The notes: generated from the letters alone by a model not told the origin. A stretch of 63,722 nucleotides of DNA, filler included, from Phoronis australis (GCA_002633005.1; 8 parts of 8 records of this genome joined end to end with filler, not necessarily neighbours in it), one strand, 5' to 3'; counted from the whole stretch's first letter, positions 1 through 13,120 are shown. Numbers and translations are program-made.

Positions 1-3000
1 AAGTTTTCAATCAAAACTAAAATAATTTCAGATTCTCTTTTAACTTGTTACTTAATACTATTGACCAAAATTTTAGATCCCAGGTATTATTCGTTTAGTT
101 AGAAATTGCATGACAGACATACAGCAAATTTGTACATCTGTCACGTACATCCGATACCCCAATAAAAATTTCCTTAGGTCATATTTTAGCTTTCTAACCT
201 TGCAAGATAAAGTGTATCTCACACCTAATATCCTTAAAACGATAAAATATTACAAAGGCAGCTTTAAAATTATGAGTAGAAGTTGCTACAGATTTAAACT
301 AATTGCATTGGACTTTTTCAATTTCAAAATTATTTGCAGAAAAGTTATAGTTTACAATGTCATCTAGTTATTCTTAGTAGAATTCAACTTATTAAAATCA
401 GACAGTTGGACCACATTATAACAAAATGTTAATTTAATGAACTTATTGTTTTTCTGTTGGTACCCCATGTTTGTGAAGAAATACTTAGCTTTTGGGGAAA
501 TTCAAGATGCAAAAATATTCATACTTTCTAGGGTGGTTTAGAGTATAAATAACAACAAGAGACCTAAAGGAATACATGTCAAGTTGCTACTGCGCTGGAA
601 TCAACATGTTATTTCTTCTCTGACCTGCTACACTGTGTTTTGCGTTGAAAAAGCCGATACTGGGCATTTTTAAGCGGTAGGAACCTGTCACCTACTTTAT
701 TGAGCATTTTTTCACACCCTCACAGACTGTAGCCACTCTTTTCGTGTTTTTCAGTGTTTTGGGTCGTTGGATGGCTAGTATGAAATGATTTCAAAGCAAA
801 TTACATTGTCTCATCGTACATATTTTTGATCCCTCAATCTTTTTAAGAAATACACTTAATTTTTTTCTGATGAGCTTCGAGGATATTAAACAAGCATTTA
901 GAAACGATAGAGAATGTTATTGTAGACCTTTGGAAGAACAGATGCAACTAAGAGAAGAATAAATGTCTGCCGGAATATTCTCTGAAACTCAATGCTGTCT
1001 ATTAAACCATGCTCCACACTTTGTTTTAAGAAGATACTGAAGTCCTATTACTAATATTTTTAAAACATCACCATTATTGCTTACTAGATGGGCATGGATC
1101 AGAACCATCAATGTCATATTTCAGAGAATAATCTTGTACAAGCTTAGAGCTAGTTGTAATTTAAAACCTAATTAATTGAAATGCATTTTTATGACAGTGA
1201 TTAGTTCTGTTATAAACTTTTATTTCATATTTTATATTTTGACAGTCACATTTACTTATTAGCTTTGAATTAGTATTCCACTTAATGCAATGGTTTTCCT
1301 GATAACTAATAGCTGTCAAATATAAAATGATTATTGCCCTCATTCCCATCAATATTGCTTACCATATTCAAAGGGAAGTGAAGATTTTAGGGGGTTGTTT
1401 TATATCTTCAATCAAATGTATTGAAAAGTAAAATCCTAGAGTATATTCTTAGCTTAGGCCTACCTGTGATGATTTCGTGCAAAAGGTTAATCGCTACATT
1501 TTAATTAAAAAACATTGAAGTAGTAGCAAAAGACCAAAATAGCGTAAATACTGTAAAAGTTTGAGTCATTCTGAATTGATATCTTAGTCACAATAAACAA
1601 TTTGATACTAGAAATTCAGAGCGTACGTCCGTCACATACGTCCGTCACACTAACTCAACTTACTTCGAGCTGTTTGCGAAAAATTTTTTTTCAGATATCA
1701 TCAAAAACAGTTGTGTGTTGTACTTTGCAAACATTCCACTAAATTTAACTTAATACAACTCACAGAAAATTAACGTTAAAAAATTTTTTTTAAAAAATTG
1801 ATTTCCCTTTGGACGTCCATCAAACCCCTTTAAAGACAATTTTCTCAGTTGGATTAAGAGATAGGGGAAAAGTTGATACATGTTTTGAAAGCTATTAATG
1901 AGACCTATCAATTGATGTATTAATTATTTTCCTAGGATGGACACTTTTTTCACAATTGATCAAAATGTTCTCTGATTGTACATCCGTCACAAATGGAATT
2001 GCCCAGAATATTTGTAATGATTTAAGGGCAAAAACATTATATACGCTGTAAAGGTATGCATACATTTTCATTTATGTTTGCCCAGATTTAAGACAGGTGT
2101 TTTACTTGAAAAGAACCAGTATTAATAAATTACTAAACATTCTAAATTATCTTGGGATGTGTTATTTCTGAATCTCATTTAATTGGCTACTAAGTAATTT
2201 TGTTTCCTGTATATGAGCACCAAATAGCCAACCCTGATGTTTTGCAATGCTGTGAAATTAAACACTTAGTGAAACTTGGAACATTGGTGCAAATATCAAA
2301 ATATGTTATTTGCCATTTAAGCTCTCAGTGGATGTATTGTAAATCTTCTATTAGTGATAATTTGGTGTTTTTAAAATATCAATGATTGCTGTTTGTAGTT
2401 AATTTTCAATGAAATGATTTTACATTGCCTTAGGTGACAACAAGACTATTAGCTAACTAGAAATTTGTTTCATGAAAATATTCAAGGTATCATTTATCAA
2501 ATTTATAAAACTTAAATATGTAGTAAACATACGGTTTGGTGAATGGAGTATACATTATTTTTTTCGAAGTTGGAATCATGCATTTTGAAAAAAATGTCGG
2601 ATGTTTAATAAGAGATGTAAGTTTATGGTGTCCAAACTTGCATAAAAATATAACTAAATGTAGTAGATGGTTACCTTTTTGACTATCCTATGTTTCAATT
2701 TTTAGAGACTGGTATGGTAATCAGCCACAGGCCATATTTGTGGGTGTTGAGTTAGGTCAGTGACCCATCTTAACTTTAACAACAATAATTTTTCAAATGG
2801 GCAATCACTACGGTATTAATTCTTGACCTGTTTAGCTCACTATATGGGGGAAAGGGGAATTTTGTGGACAAGTTGTACTTCATTTTAGCTTGAATTGTAT
2901 TTAATGACTGTCATAAAAATTACTTTGTCAAAATTTTTAATATTTGCCACAGTGTAACAAGCCATTGAAAAATCAGAAAAATGAGAAGTTTGGCAACTGG

Positions 3001-3213
3001 TTTTTGCAAAATAACATAAACAGAAGAATTATCCTAAAATGTTATTTACTATGTTTATGGGTTAATAACTGTGTTGTTACAAATGCGTGTGTTGATATGG
3101 TATAAGTGAGAATATTTAGTTTCAATATGTACGCCCTATTTGTAACAGCAGTCTGTGGCCATAGTGTTAACAACTTGTTTATTGTGGTTATTTTTAAATT
3201 GGTCTAATTACAG

Positions 3214-3343
3214 GTGTGTGAACTAGAAACATGCAGTCGTCTGACTTGGACAGAGTCAGTAGGCAACATTAGTCATGAGGAGGACTCACTTAACTATAAG
3301 AGGAAAAAGCGGGTGTATAAACATCGTGGAAGAACAGACTTGG
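3214..3343 (+). CDS. Internal coding exon of an unidentified gene (VCELETCSRLTWTESVGNISHEEDSLNYKRKKRVYKHRGRTDL)
   Basis: ctaattacag acceptor, open frame, G|gtatgt donor; phase 1 end joins in frame with 4453-4532. Confidence 0.55.
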
Positions 3344-4271
3344 GTATGTAGACATTGTCAGGTTTGTGTATTTAGTGCAGTGTGAGGGCTTTACCAGGCT
3401 ATAGTGCTGCTAACTGGAACTGACATGTTGGCTGAAATATAAAGGTTACATATTTGTTGAATGATGCTTTTAGCTCTTTATATCTTTTAGATTCTCTTGT
3501 TTGGAGATAAAGGAGGTCCTGAATCACTGTTTGTTGTTTATTGACATGGTCCGCCCAGTGTAAGTTTCACAACAGCTAGTACTTGGAGTAAGAACATTAC
3601 AAGTCCTGTACTATCCTGTTATCAAAAGGCATTGAATTCCACTCTCAATTGTGGAAAGAATTCTTCAGTTTGTGACACTAAATGGCAGACAAGTGAAATT
3701 TCATTTTGTCAAATTTCTCGACAAGTTAGTTTTCATGAAAATTTACTTTGAGCATTTGCAACAATTTGGTAAGTTTCGAAAAAATGGAAATAAGACAATT
3801 TCAGCATTTTTTGTCTCAAATTGAACAATTTGTATCTTATAACTAAAGGAGTACAATCCACTTTTCAAATTACTCAACAATGGGGATTTGTTCACTAATC
3901 CAAAAGTCCTATAGGAAAACTGACTGTGTAAACTGGGCTTATGACATCATTTGTAAAATAACCATTGACTACTGTTGTCCAGGCTTGGCGAAGTGTGGAC
4001 ACAAATGGTCATTTACCTTTTAGTATCAATGGGGACCAGTGAAATGAAGCGTGTAGTGCTCAGCATGCTCCCCCCACCTTGTAACCCCATCAGCTATTGG
4101 CAACAAATCTGTTAGAATAGTTTCTACCAAACTTCATTCACACCAGACTACCAGGTCTTATGTAATGAAACTTTTTCCTCATTCTCTGTAACCATCCTCA
4201 CTGGGGATTAATCCCAAAAGTGTTAAGGTGCCATGCTCAACTGTTTCACCTTGAGGCTATTGTACATTTGA

Positions 4272-4437
4272 CCAGTGTTGAGCTGTGTTAGCCCACAGTG
4301 GATACACTGGAATATGGAGTGGTTAGTGAACCAGTGTTAGCACACAGTTGATAAGCTCGCTGGAACATGGAGTGGTTAGTGAAAGAGTGTTAGCACACAG
4401 TGGATACACTGGAACATGGAGTGGTTAGTGAACCAGT
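4272..4437. repeat. Minisatellite, ~50-bp unit x3 (ccagtgttagcacacagtggatacactggaacatggagtggttagtgaa)
   Basis: Direct tandem copies visible, just upstream of the 4453 acceptor. Confidence 0.85.
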
Positions 4438-4452
4438 TTTCTGTCTTGTTAG

Positions 4453-4532
4453 GTGCCAATCCTCTTGTCAGTCAGGTGCTGAAGAAACATGAGAATAACA
4501 ACACTGTATTGGATAACGGCAAGAATAGACGG
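4453..4532 (+). CDS. Internal coding exon of the same unidentified gene (GANPLVSQVLKKHENNNTVLDNGKNRR)
   Basis: ttgttag acceptor, gtgagt donor, phase compatible with preceding exon. Confidence 0.55.
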
Positions 4533-6284
4533 GTGAGTTGGTCTGTCAGTCATTGTGAGTCAGTATGTGTTGCATGGTTATAGTGTTTTATGGTAATGGT
4601 CAACCTTTGGGAAAATAGTTCTAGAAAATGCAATATTCGCATTTTTTTTTCACTGCTACCTAGTCTAGCTAACTTTTTAAATGCATTATCTATGTCTGAG
4701 ACAAAAAAATCAAAATAATCACCTAGATTGTTAAATTTTTTGGCCTGTCTAGACTTCAGATCTTGACGCAACAATTTTTCAACATCAGATTTTTTCATGG
4801 TGTGACAAGATTGATACAGTAATGTGCAGACCACTTTTGTTGTGAGTCTTTCAGCGACAGAATTTTTGATTTACAGTAATTTCTTTTCAATTTTGCACAA
4901 AAAAGTGCTTCCTGAAGCATAATATCCATTTTTCATATATTCATAACATTGAAAAAATTACCAAAATTTTGTGCAATGAAAACTGTTTTGTACAAATCAT
5001 GCTGATGATGATGTCAGTTTTCTGAAAGTTTATTTTAATCAAGAAATGTTACAAAATTGAATTACACATGGTTGCCATCTTGTGTGGTAAATTGAAGAGC
5101 ATTTTAACAACTTAAGCATTAGCCATGAAAAATGAAAGCGTAGCATATTGCTTTAAAAAGAAATTTTATCTGTTATTAGAGAGTAAAACACACAAGAGGC
5201 ACAGTTTCTCTAGTATAGACCTTAAAAAGATATGAATAAACACTTTCAAAAAATGTGCAATCATTAGAAATGATTTTTTGGTCTGCATTCAGATTTTCCT
5301 CTCTGAGCATTCATAAAATAGCACGCTGGATACTTTTCCAGTCCTGTTGACTTGGAAAAACTAATGAAACTAATAACAGATTGGAAGAGAACAGAAAATT
5401 CTTTCTTGATTAGTTGTTGTGTGGGAAGTAAACATAGAATGGACCAAAATAGAATTCTGTGTCATTTTTTGTCTAATTAGTAATTTGTTTTACATGTGAA
5501 ACATAATGTTCGTGGTGTAGGATTAAACAGATCAGTGGGATTATTTACGAAGAAAGAAAACCGTTTCAAAATTGAAAGTTGGCAAAAGTTGTCTGTGTCA
5601 AGTGTGGGAAACAGGTTATCACAGGATTGGAAGCATATCAATAGGATAAAGTTAAGATTTATGAGTTGAATAGATGAAATTTTGTAGGGAAAGAGAGGTT
5701 TTTGTTTTATTTCATTTTTTTCAAGAAATTGAATCATGCTAGTGTCAAAGGCAAGGTTTGCGTTATGAGGCAGACTGAATGTGAATCTATAGCAAGTTCT
5801 GCATTCATTTGTCATTAGTGTAATAGCAGTTTATAAACTGGTTTATAACTCCATAATGTGTCCAAATTATATCATAATTTGAAATTCACTGCTTTTACTG
5901 TTAGTTATTCATGTTATTGTAGTAGTCTTGTTACACTGATGTGCCAGTGATTTATGTTTACTGAGTGACTGACTGTTCAACTCCATCATGCACTTAGTCT
6001 GCAGTCTACAAACATTCTGTTCTGTATTTTAAACAGCTTTTCAGAACGGTAATTAAAGGTTTGAGGTTCCTCTGGCTTCTCCTGGTCTTCAGATCTATTT
6101 TCCTATAGTCATTAGCTTCATGGGATATAACCTGGGCAAAGAGTGAACTTGTCTGTTTAAGAAATTTCATTCATTGTGTAAAACACTCGTTTTGTATTCA
6201 CTTGTAGCTTGTATGGTGTGAGGAAGCTGTGAACAGAACACTGTAGATCAAAGTAGTGCATTTGTTGTCGGATTTTGTTCAAAT

Positions 6285-6596
6285 GTGGCACGTTCAATTA
6301 TACTAGGCACTCGCAAGTGACTGGTGGTGAGATTACGCGCTCTGCTTGAAACAAATGGCGATATCTGGTGGAGGCGGGATCTCACCAAACTTGCTAGATA
6401 CTCGCCTTACCGTAATCTCTCCTCACCCATTTGAAGCACGTAATAAATGCTTTTAAGCTCTATATCATAGCTACCATCAGACATTTCAGACTGAGAGCTT
6501 TAGAAAATGCTAGATGCCTGTGAAAATGAAGAAAATCAATTTTGTCCATTATTTTTTATTGAAATTAGTGAGATTTCACCGTATTGAACGTGCCAC
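6285..6596. mobile_element. MITE with TIR gtggcacgttcaat
   Basis: gtggcacgttcaat at 6285 and attgaacgtgccac ending 6596. Confidence 0.6.
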
Positions 6597-7187
6597 TGTT
6601 TAGTTTCGTCTTGCGACCATAACCTGCTGCTTCATGACCTACCAAAACTACTGCTGTTTGTCCTTTATCTTTCTTTATTCAGCCTCGCCTCAGTTGTGTT
6701 GGAATTAACGACTTTCAAAAGTCAAATTGACCTTCATTTTCTCCTCTGGGGACTTTGAAGACGGGCAATACTTGTTCCTAAAAAATATGACAATTTGGGT
6801 GATAATTGCTTTCAAGCTTTCTAATACATAAGTGTCAGAAGTTTGGCAATGACTTAATGCTGACGCCATCTGTGGGTTGCTAATTATTGGCTTCTGCGCA
6901 ATATTTGACTTTAACCAAGGTTATTATATTGTTTTTTGTTCCCAATCAGGTGGCACCTGTTCAAAAACATAATGAGCAAAATTTCAATGATTGCATTTAC
7001 CCGGTATAATTTATTTGTGATTGTTATTATTATTATTATTATTGCAGATATCAATAACTGCATTCATTCATGATTTAAGATTTTTATGAAGGTGAGATGA
7101 CTCTGACGCTTGTGCTCCTTTAAGTGTCATAAGTCATCCAAGTTAACACTCACACTCAGCTGACCGCTCCACACCAAAGTTTCAAAG

Positions 7188-7287
7188 NNNNNNNNNNNNN
7201 NNNNNNNNNNNNNNNNNNNNNNNNNNNNNNNTTAATTAATTAANNNNNNNNNNNNNNNNNNNNNNNNNNNNNNNNNNNNNNNNNNNN
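7188..7287. other. Artificial contig linker N44-TTAATTAATTAA-N44 (also 11015-11114, 30874-30973, 33637-33736, 40615-40714, 48995-49094, 62349-62448)
   Basis: Identical 100-bp structure seven times; the 12-mer gives stops in all six frames. Confidence 0.95.
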
Positions 7288-7490
7288 TAAAATCAACAAG
7301 TTTTTAAGTGGTCTCAAAAAAACAGTTGGTAAATGCATTAATTTTAGTCTCAGTTCTTCCACGAGTGTTTCTCCCGAGAGGTTAGTACCTAACGTGCAGA
7401 CAAGCGTTCCAAATTGGAACGCTAAGTCCCGCGTGGCAGCGCTGCACGCGAAACAAGATGGCGGACGACCTTTGGAGACTGACGACGAGA
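7288..7490 (+). repeat. Dispersed repeat (transposon end region with aagatggcgg promoter-like motif); inverted homolog at ~28200-28405
   Basis: Alignable by eye to the reverse complement of 28200-28405. Confidence 0.75.
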
Positions 7491-7656
7491 GGTAATCGGA
7501 CTATAATACGAGTCTAGCGTGACCCCGACATTTGATTTTGAGTTCGACTCCTTGACAATGGCACGGGTATAGATGCTTAACCTAAATGTTCGTTTCAGTC
7601 GAGAGGACACAACCCTCGAATGCAACAGTTCGCCCACCGATGGCGCATGGGAGGTA

Positions 7657-8686
7657 GGCAATGACCATCGCCTCTGTTGGCCCGAACCAGAGGCGATGTA
7701 GAGGCTATAGGCGCTCTGTACGCCGGAAACTTTTCGGCGAATTATGCCTCGCACCTACTAAACCATCAAAGCCACGTTGTTATAACTACCTTTTGTGCAT
7801 AGACGAACATCTTAGGAGGTTGTCGATGTGTTTAAGTTCTTCCAACTCGAACAAATACTCCCGTTATGAAACTTTTTCTTCGAGCAGNCGACTAAACCAT
7901 CAAAGCCACGTTGTTATAACTACCTTTTGCGCATAGACGAACACCTTAGGAGGTTGTCGATGTGTCTAAGTTCTTCCAACTCGAACAAATACTCCCGTTA
8001 TGAAACTTTTTCTTCGAGCAGTCCCTATTTCAGTTCCCAAAATCGTGAAATCAATTTTTTCATTTTTTTAACCAGGCCGAAGGTCAGAAGTTGCGGACCT
8101 ACCGGCGAACTTTGAAAGCTGAAGTTTCCGCCCTTCGCGTACGTGCTGCCGGGAACCAGCCGTGCATTTGCCGTGTTGTTAAACATTAAAATGTCAAATA
8201 TGTGCACATGGACTATTAAATGTCATATCAACAGCATTTATTTTTATCAAATACAAACAATGATTCTTTGAAATACAATCAGTTTCAAGTAACGCCAATT
8301 AAAGACAAGTATAAGTGGTGGCATGTTGGAAACGAACATTTGACTGACAAGACCGCAATGGCTCACCTTTGGCCTATTTAAAGATTGAGGTCATGAATTG
8401 GAGCGTGCGCAGTATCCAAATGGTGAGTTCACGATTTTGGGAACTGAAATAGGGACTGCTCGAAGAAAAAGTTTCATAACGGGAGTATTTGTTCGAGTTG
8501 GAAGGAATTAAACACATCGACAACCTCCTAAGGTGTTCCTCTATGCGCAAAAGGTATTTGTAACAACGTGACTTTGATGGTTTAGTCGGTGCGAGGCATA
8601 ATTCGCCGAAAAGCTTCCGGCGTACAGAGCGCCTATAGCCTCTACATCGCCTCTGCTTCGGGCCAACAGAGGCGATGGTCATTGCC
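7657..8686. mobile_element. Foldback/MITE with ~260-bp TIRs (ggcaatgaccatcgcctctg...), TA flanks
   Basis: Left arm from 7657 is the reverse complement of ~8425-8686; TA on both sides; mirrored pseudo-ORFs in the ORF track. Confidence 0.85.
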
Positions 8687-8734
8687 TAGTGAATTATATG
8701 AGCCTCTGTTAGCTACTTGCTACCGGGCAATTGC

Positions 8735-8815
8735 CTATTAGCTGAATGGTTAGCACGCTTGCCGGTTTTATGGGGGTCGCGCGTTCGATCCCCGGGTCGG
8801 GTGATCTCGGCTATT
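8735..8815 (+). mobile_element. tRNA-derived SINE head (Pol III A/B boxes)
   Basis: tagctgaatgg A box and gttcgatcc B box at tRNA-like spacing; imperfect cloverleaf. Confidence 0.6.
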
Positions 8816-10705
8816 ACTACAATAGCTAAATATTTTGACCAGTCTTCATACACTGCTGTCCTCGCTTGCTGGCTACCGGCGAGTGGACTTTGTCTTTGAA
8901 CTGCAAAACCTACCAGCAACTTCCTAAACTCATTCAGGTTGCCTCACCTGGCTATAAGGTCGGCAAAATGTTTGATAGTCTCCTCTGATCTTTTATACTT
9001 ACCAGCTTACAACACTGTGCAACAAACTTTCGGCTTCGCTTCCACTGGTTCCAGTTATCGGTGCACAACGTGCGTTTTGATCTTTGCTCTCTGTTATCAG
9101 AGATCTGTATGTGATGCCCTCTGACGGTGTTAGTATGTGCCGGGAGCGCCGTCTGTTGATGGAGTTGTGAGTTAAGCCGAGTCGTGAGTCAACTGAACTT
9201 AGACTATACGTTTAATCAGTCATGGTTTAATTCCAGAAGTTAGAGTGGTCAAATACATTTTAAAGTAATGTCTGTTGGTGAATCCCCTTATGTGGTACTT
9301 CCGATGATGAATTTTTCACTTTTCATTTTGATTGGTTTTTACATTTAACTTGATACCCCTATTTCAGCGTACATGTATTGGTACCGATTCGCCGCAGGTG
9401 CGAAGAATCCGCCGCTTCATGCCTTGTGAGTCCCAAACACTCAAACTTCGGATTCTGTCGGGTCTCGATCCTATCCGCCAGGAATCCCAACCAAATTAAC
9501 TAGCTTTTTTGGGCATTTTTATTCGAACTTTAACGTTTGTCGGCGTATTTTTTCTTGCCGCTTATGCATCTGGATTCTGATTTGTCCGAAAGCAGAGAAG
9601 ACGACGGAAGCTAATCCGAGTTGTAAGTTTGTAGATTTGTATTTTATATTGAGAACATAATAAACTCAGTATATTTCAGTGTCCACTTCTCTCTTGTTTC
9701 ACTCTCTATAAGTTGGTTCTCTCGTACGCGATACGAGTGAAAAAGTAGGCCTACATAAACGTTGCAATAAACTATTTTTATCAGTTACCGAACAATAGAC
9801 TTCAGATACTAAGTAGATCGGTGACCTTGGCTAGTGGTCGCTTCACCGGTACCGGTACTACATGCGAAGCGGCGGTCTGGTACAAACGGCGCCAACTTCA
9901 TTATGATCTTATTGAAAACTACGCGTGAATGAAGTGGCACGAATGCCCGGCATTCAAATGATGCCCGCTATGCAGCGCGGTTGTAGATGTATGCATACAA
10001 TATCTCTTCCTGACACAACGTACCCGTAATTAATCCGAAACTGCGGAGCTCGGATGACCGAACGTGCTATAGTGAAATCCGGCGTAATACCAACAAAGAT
10101 GGCACTTCCATAACAGTGGCGGATCTTCAGGGGGTTTACGGAATGCGACGTACATGTACGTGCCGAGCAGCCCAGATTGTTTGGCCAATCTCGTCGGTAA
10201 CCGAAAACAACATATCGTCACGGCAAGATTAAATTTGAAACCAATGTTATTAGTGCAAAATTTGGAGTAAAAAGTACTTCAAGAAATCACAATTTTCCAA
10301 GAAATTTTCAAAAAATCGAACTTGTTCCAAGACAAAAACGGAACAGACTCGGAAAAGTGAAATTTCGTATAGTCAGTCACATTCCAGGTCAGTATTTTAT
10401 TCATGCAATAACCATATGAAATTTAAACACAGATTTTCATTTTAAGTCAGTCAACAGGGCTAGCGAAATGCAGGCTCACTAACAATGCCTGTCATATACT
10501 TCCAAAGTCTGCTGAATTGAATAAAAAACAATCACCCATCAGATAATGCCATGACATTGGTTTTACTGTGTTTTGTATGAAGAAAACTAACGAGCTAATG
10601 AATTGAAATGACCAGACGTCCAGGTGCGTACACAAACGCAAGGACCCAGTACGCTAGCACCGCCGGGCTAAAATCTAGCCAAACTCACAGAGTTCTCAAG
10701 CTCAT

Positions 10706-11014
10706 TTAAATGAGAATGCCACCCGATTTAATTAGTCTTTTTTGCCGTCTTAATCGGTCTATATCCGGCATATTGCCTTGCATACGGTCGACCTTACCTT
10801 GCCAAGAGGTGTCGCGTTAACCTGTGAGGAAGGTGAGAAACGACGCTAGCGACGTCAATGGTTCATATGCAGAGTGAATGCCGATGTTACGGTGCATCGT
10901 TCCCGCTTGTCCAAACTAAGCAGCTGCGAGGAAAGCGGATATATCGTTTTTTGTTACTTTCTCGGGAGTCCGAAATACTTAGGAAGTGGCTCATGGTAGT
11001 GAAGAATGAAATGT
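10706..11014 (+). mobile_element. Kolobok-like element 5' end with degenerate THAP N-terminus (MPMLRCIVPACPN*...LRKWLMVVKNE)
   Basis: Homologous to 33747-34150; ttaa-led terminus; CxxxxC and W of the THAP motif with stop/frameshift; cut by gap. Confidence 0.6.
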
Positions 11015-11180
11015 NNNNNNNNNNNNNNNNNNNNNNNNNNNNNNNNNNNNNNNNNNNNTTAATTAATTAANNNNNNNNNNNNNNNNNNNNNNNNNNNNNN
11101 NNNNNNNNNNNNNNTTGTGATTTTGGCTAGATTATTCTATTCGGAGACGGCTCCGAGCTCAGCTATTGAACTATAACCAG

Positions 11181-12417
11181 GGCCCGGTCTTCAATCTCCG
11201 TACTCAGACTCGAATCATGCTCAAACTCACACTTCATACTCAACTCGAGTACAGACTCAGCTTTGGTGTATTCAATGTCATACTCGAAAATTCTGTACTC
11301 GAAATTTCGAGCACGTACTCAGTTTTCGAGTGTACTCGAACTGAAGTGTACCTCGTCTATATTTGAGTACGATTTTGAGTAAAAATTCGGAGTCTATGCT
11401 CAGATTTCAAGTTTGGCATGGCAGTGTGCTTGAAATCGTACTCAAAAATAAATACGAGCCAGAGAACAAAATATCGAAAGGGGACCAAGAAACACAGCAA
11501 ATCTAAAAGAATAAGTCCTCTTACCGTATCTCAGCACTTCAATTTCAGTTCAGAGATAATAGTTTTCATCTTAAATCTTCTTATTCTTCACCTTATTAAC
11601 CCGCCGTATCACTTGTGAGAAGTTTGTGCTGCCATTATTTCGGTATGTGTGCCTACGTTTTGTAGGGTTTCCAAAAGACGAGGAGGGGAGGGAAGTTAAA
11701 AACAGTTCGCTTCCCTGTCAGGTACATTTCTCATCATAACTTAGTCATCTTTAATTCCTCAATCCCCAAATGGAATTCCAGATTTTGTTTGCCGATTTCT
11801 AAGTAGACGTCTCGTTCCGTTCACTGCCACAAGTATTGTTTTTTAACTCACGTGCCAAATGTCAACTCACTTGATACATCCCAGTAAAATACAAAGATAC
11901 AGTATCAAAGTTTGACATCAGCTTAGGCCTACACAGCAATGGGTTTTATGTCAAGACTAAGTTAGCAACAGAGATGTGATGTGATAAGCTGTTACATATT
12001 TCTTAAGACATTTTCGGGACTGGGTGAGGAACTCAAGAAGTAAAGCTTAATAATTGCCAAGTGTATCAAAGAAATGGCATAAGAATATTTATTGAAACTA
12101 AAAATGAATAACAGTTACAGAACACTCAAAATTCCACGTTATAGACATACTCTTGTAGTTGTAGAGACAGCAGACGATAATGTAGGCCTAGTTCTTGGGG
12201 TGGTCTGAATCAGCGCGGCTTTGCGTGATTTTGCATTTCACATCATAAAGAGTTCCATAGCAACTCGAGCATGAGTGTCAGATTTGAGTACGTTTGGAGT
12301 CTACTCGAAATCCGACATTAGATACGCTTTTTTGAGTACGACTCCAGTGAGCACAATTTTGAGTATGAAATCTCGAGTATGAGTATGAGTCTGAGTACGG
12401 AGATTGGAGACCGGGCC
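11181..12417. mobile_element. PIF/Harbinger-type non-autonomous element, TIR ggcccggtct(c/t)caatctccgtactcagactc, 3-bp TSD CAG
   Basis: Long imperfect TIRs; cag at 11178-11180 and 12418-12420; extra right end at 12508-12620. Confidence 0.75.
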
Positions 12418-13021
12418 CAGATTCTCTATCAGATCACCCATGTTTGTGTTTTTGCAAATACACTTTTCTTATTGGTCAACATACCAGGCCGGGACAACCT
12501 TCCCTAGAAATCCGACATTAGATACGCTTTTTTGAGTACGACTCCAGTGAGCACGATTTTGAGTATGAAATCTCGAGTATGAATATGAGTCTGAGTACAG
12601 AGATTGGAGACCGGGCCCTGATGTCGCGGAACACGTTTTTCGTGAAAGTCGCTTTTGTGATTGCTTGGACTGGAAACATTTCAAGCCATGACACACTTCC
12701 TATAAGAATGTCCACAGGAAATAATGATGAAAACCATAAAGAATGTGCAATATAAAATGTCATGTTATCACTGCCACCAGCAATTTTAAGTTAAATCATT
12801 ACATTGCTTTGTAACCTATTGTTCGTGATGTGCGGAACCTTATTTGTGAGTTTTTCTACATTTCGTAAGTCCATAGGAACAAAATAATTAGTACCTGACG
12901 AGCGACATACCAATTAGCACCTGCCAATGGGGGAAACACTGCACTTGTGAGCGGATATCACCTTTGAAACGTCAAGGTTAACTATAATTTCTAGAGTATC
13001 TTCTGTGGATATGACGCAAGC

Positions 13022-13120
13022 CCCATTATAGTCACTTCAAATTACAATAACTGACCCATTATAGTCACTTCAAATTACAATAACAGACCCATTATAGTCA
13101 CTTCAAATTACAATAACAGA
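13022..13120. repeat. 33-bp tandem repeat x3
   Basis: cccattatagtcacttcaaattacaataac(t/a)ga repeated. Confidence 0.9.

Noticed and set aside
760-1300. Possible LINE ORF2 C-terminal relic (LYKLRAS...)
   Set aside because: Too degraded to support by eye
7758-8022. ~130-bp tandem duplication in the left TIR, and the ~367-bp one at 45791-46516
   Set aside because: Each is centred on a single N, the signature of unmerged contig overlaps, so probably not biological
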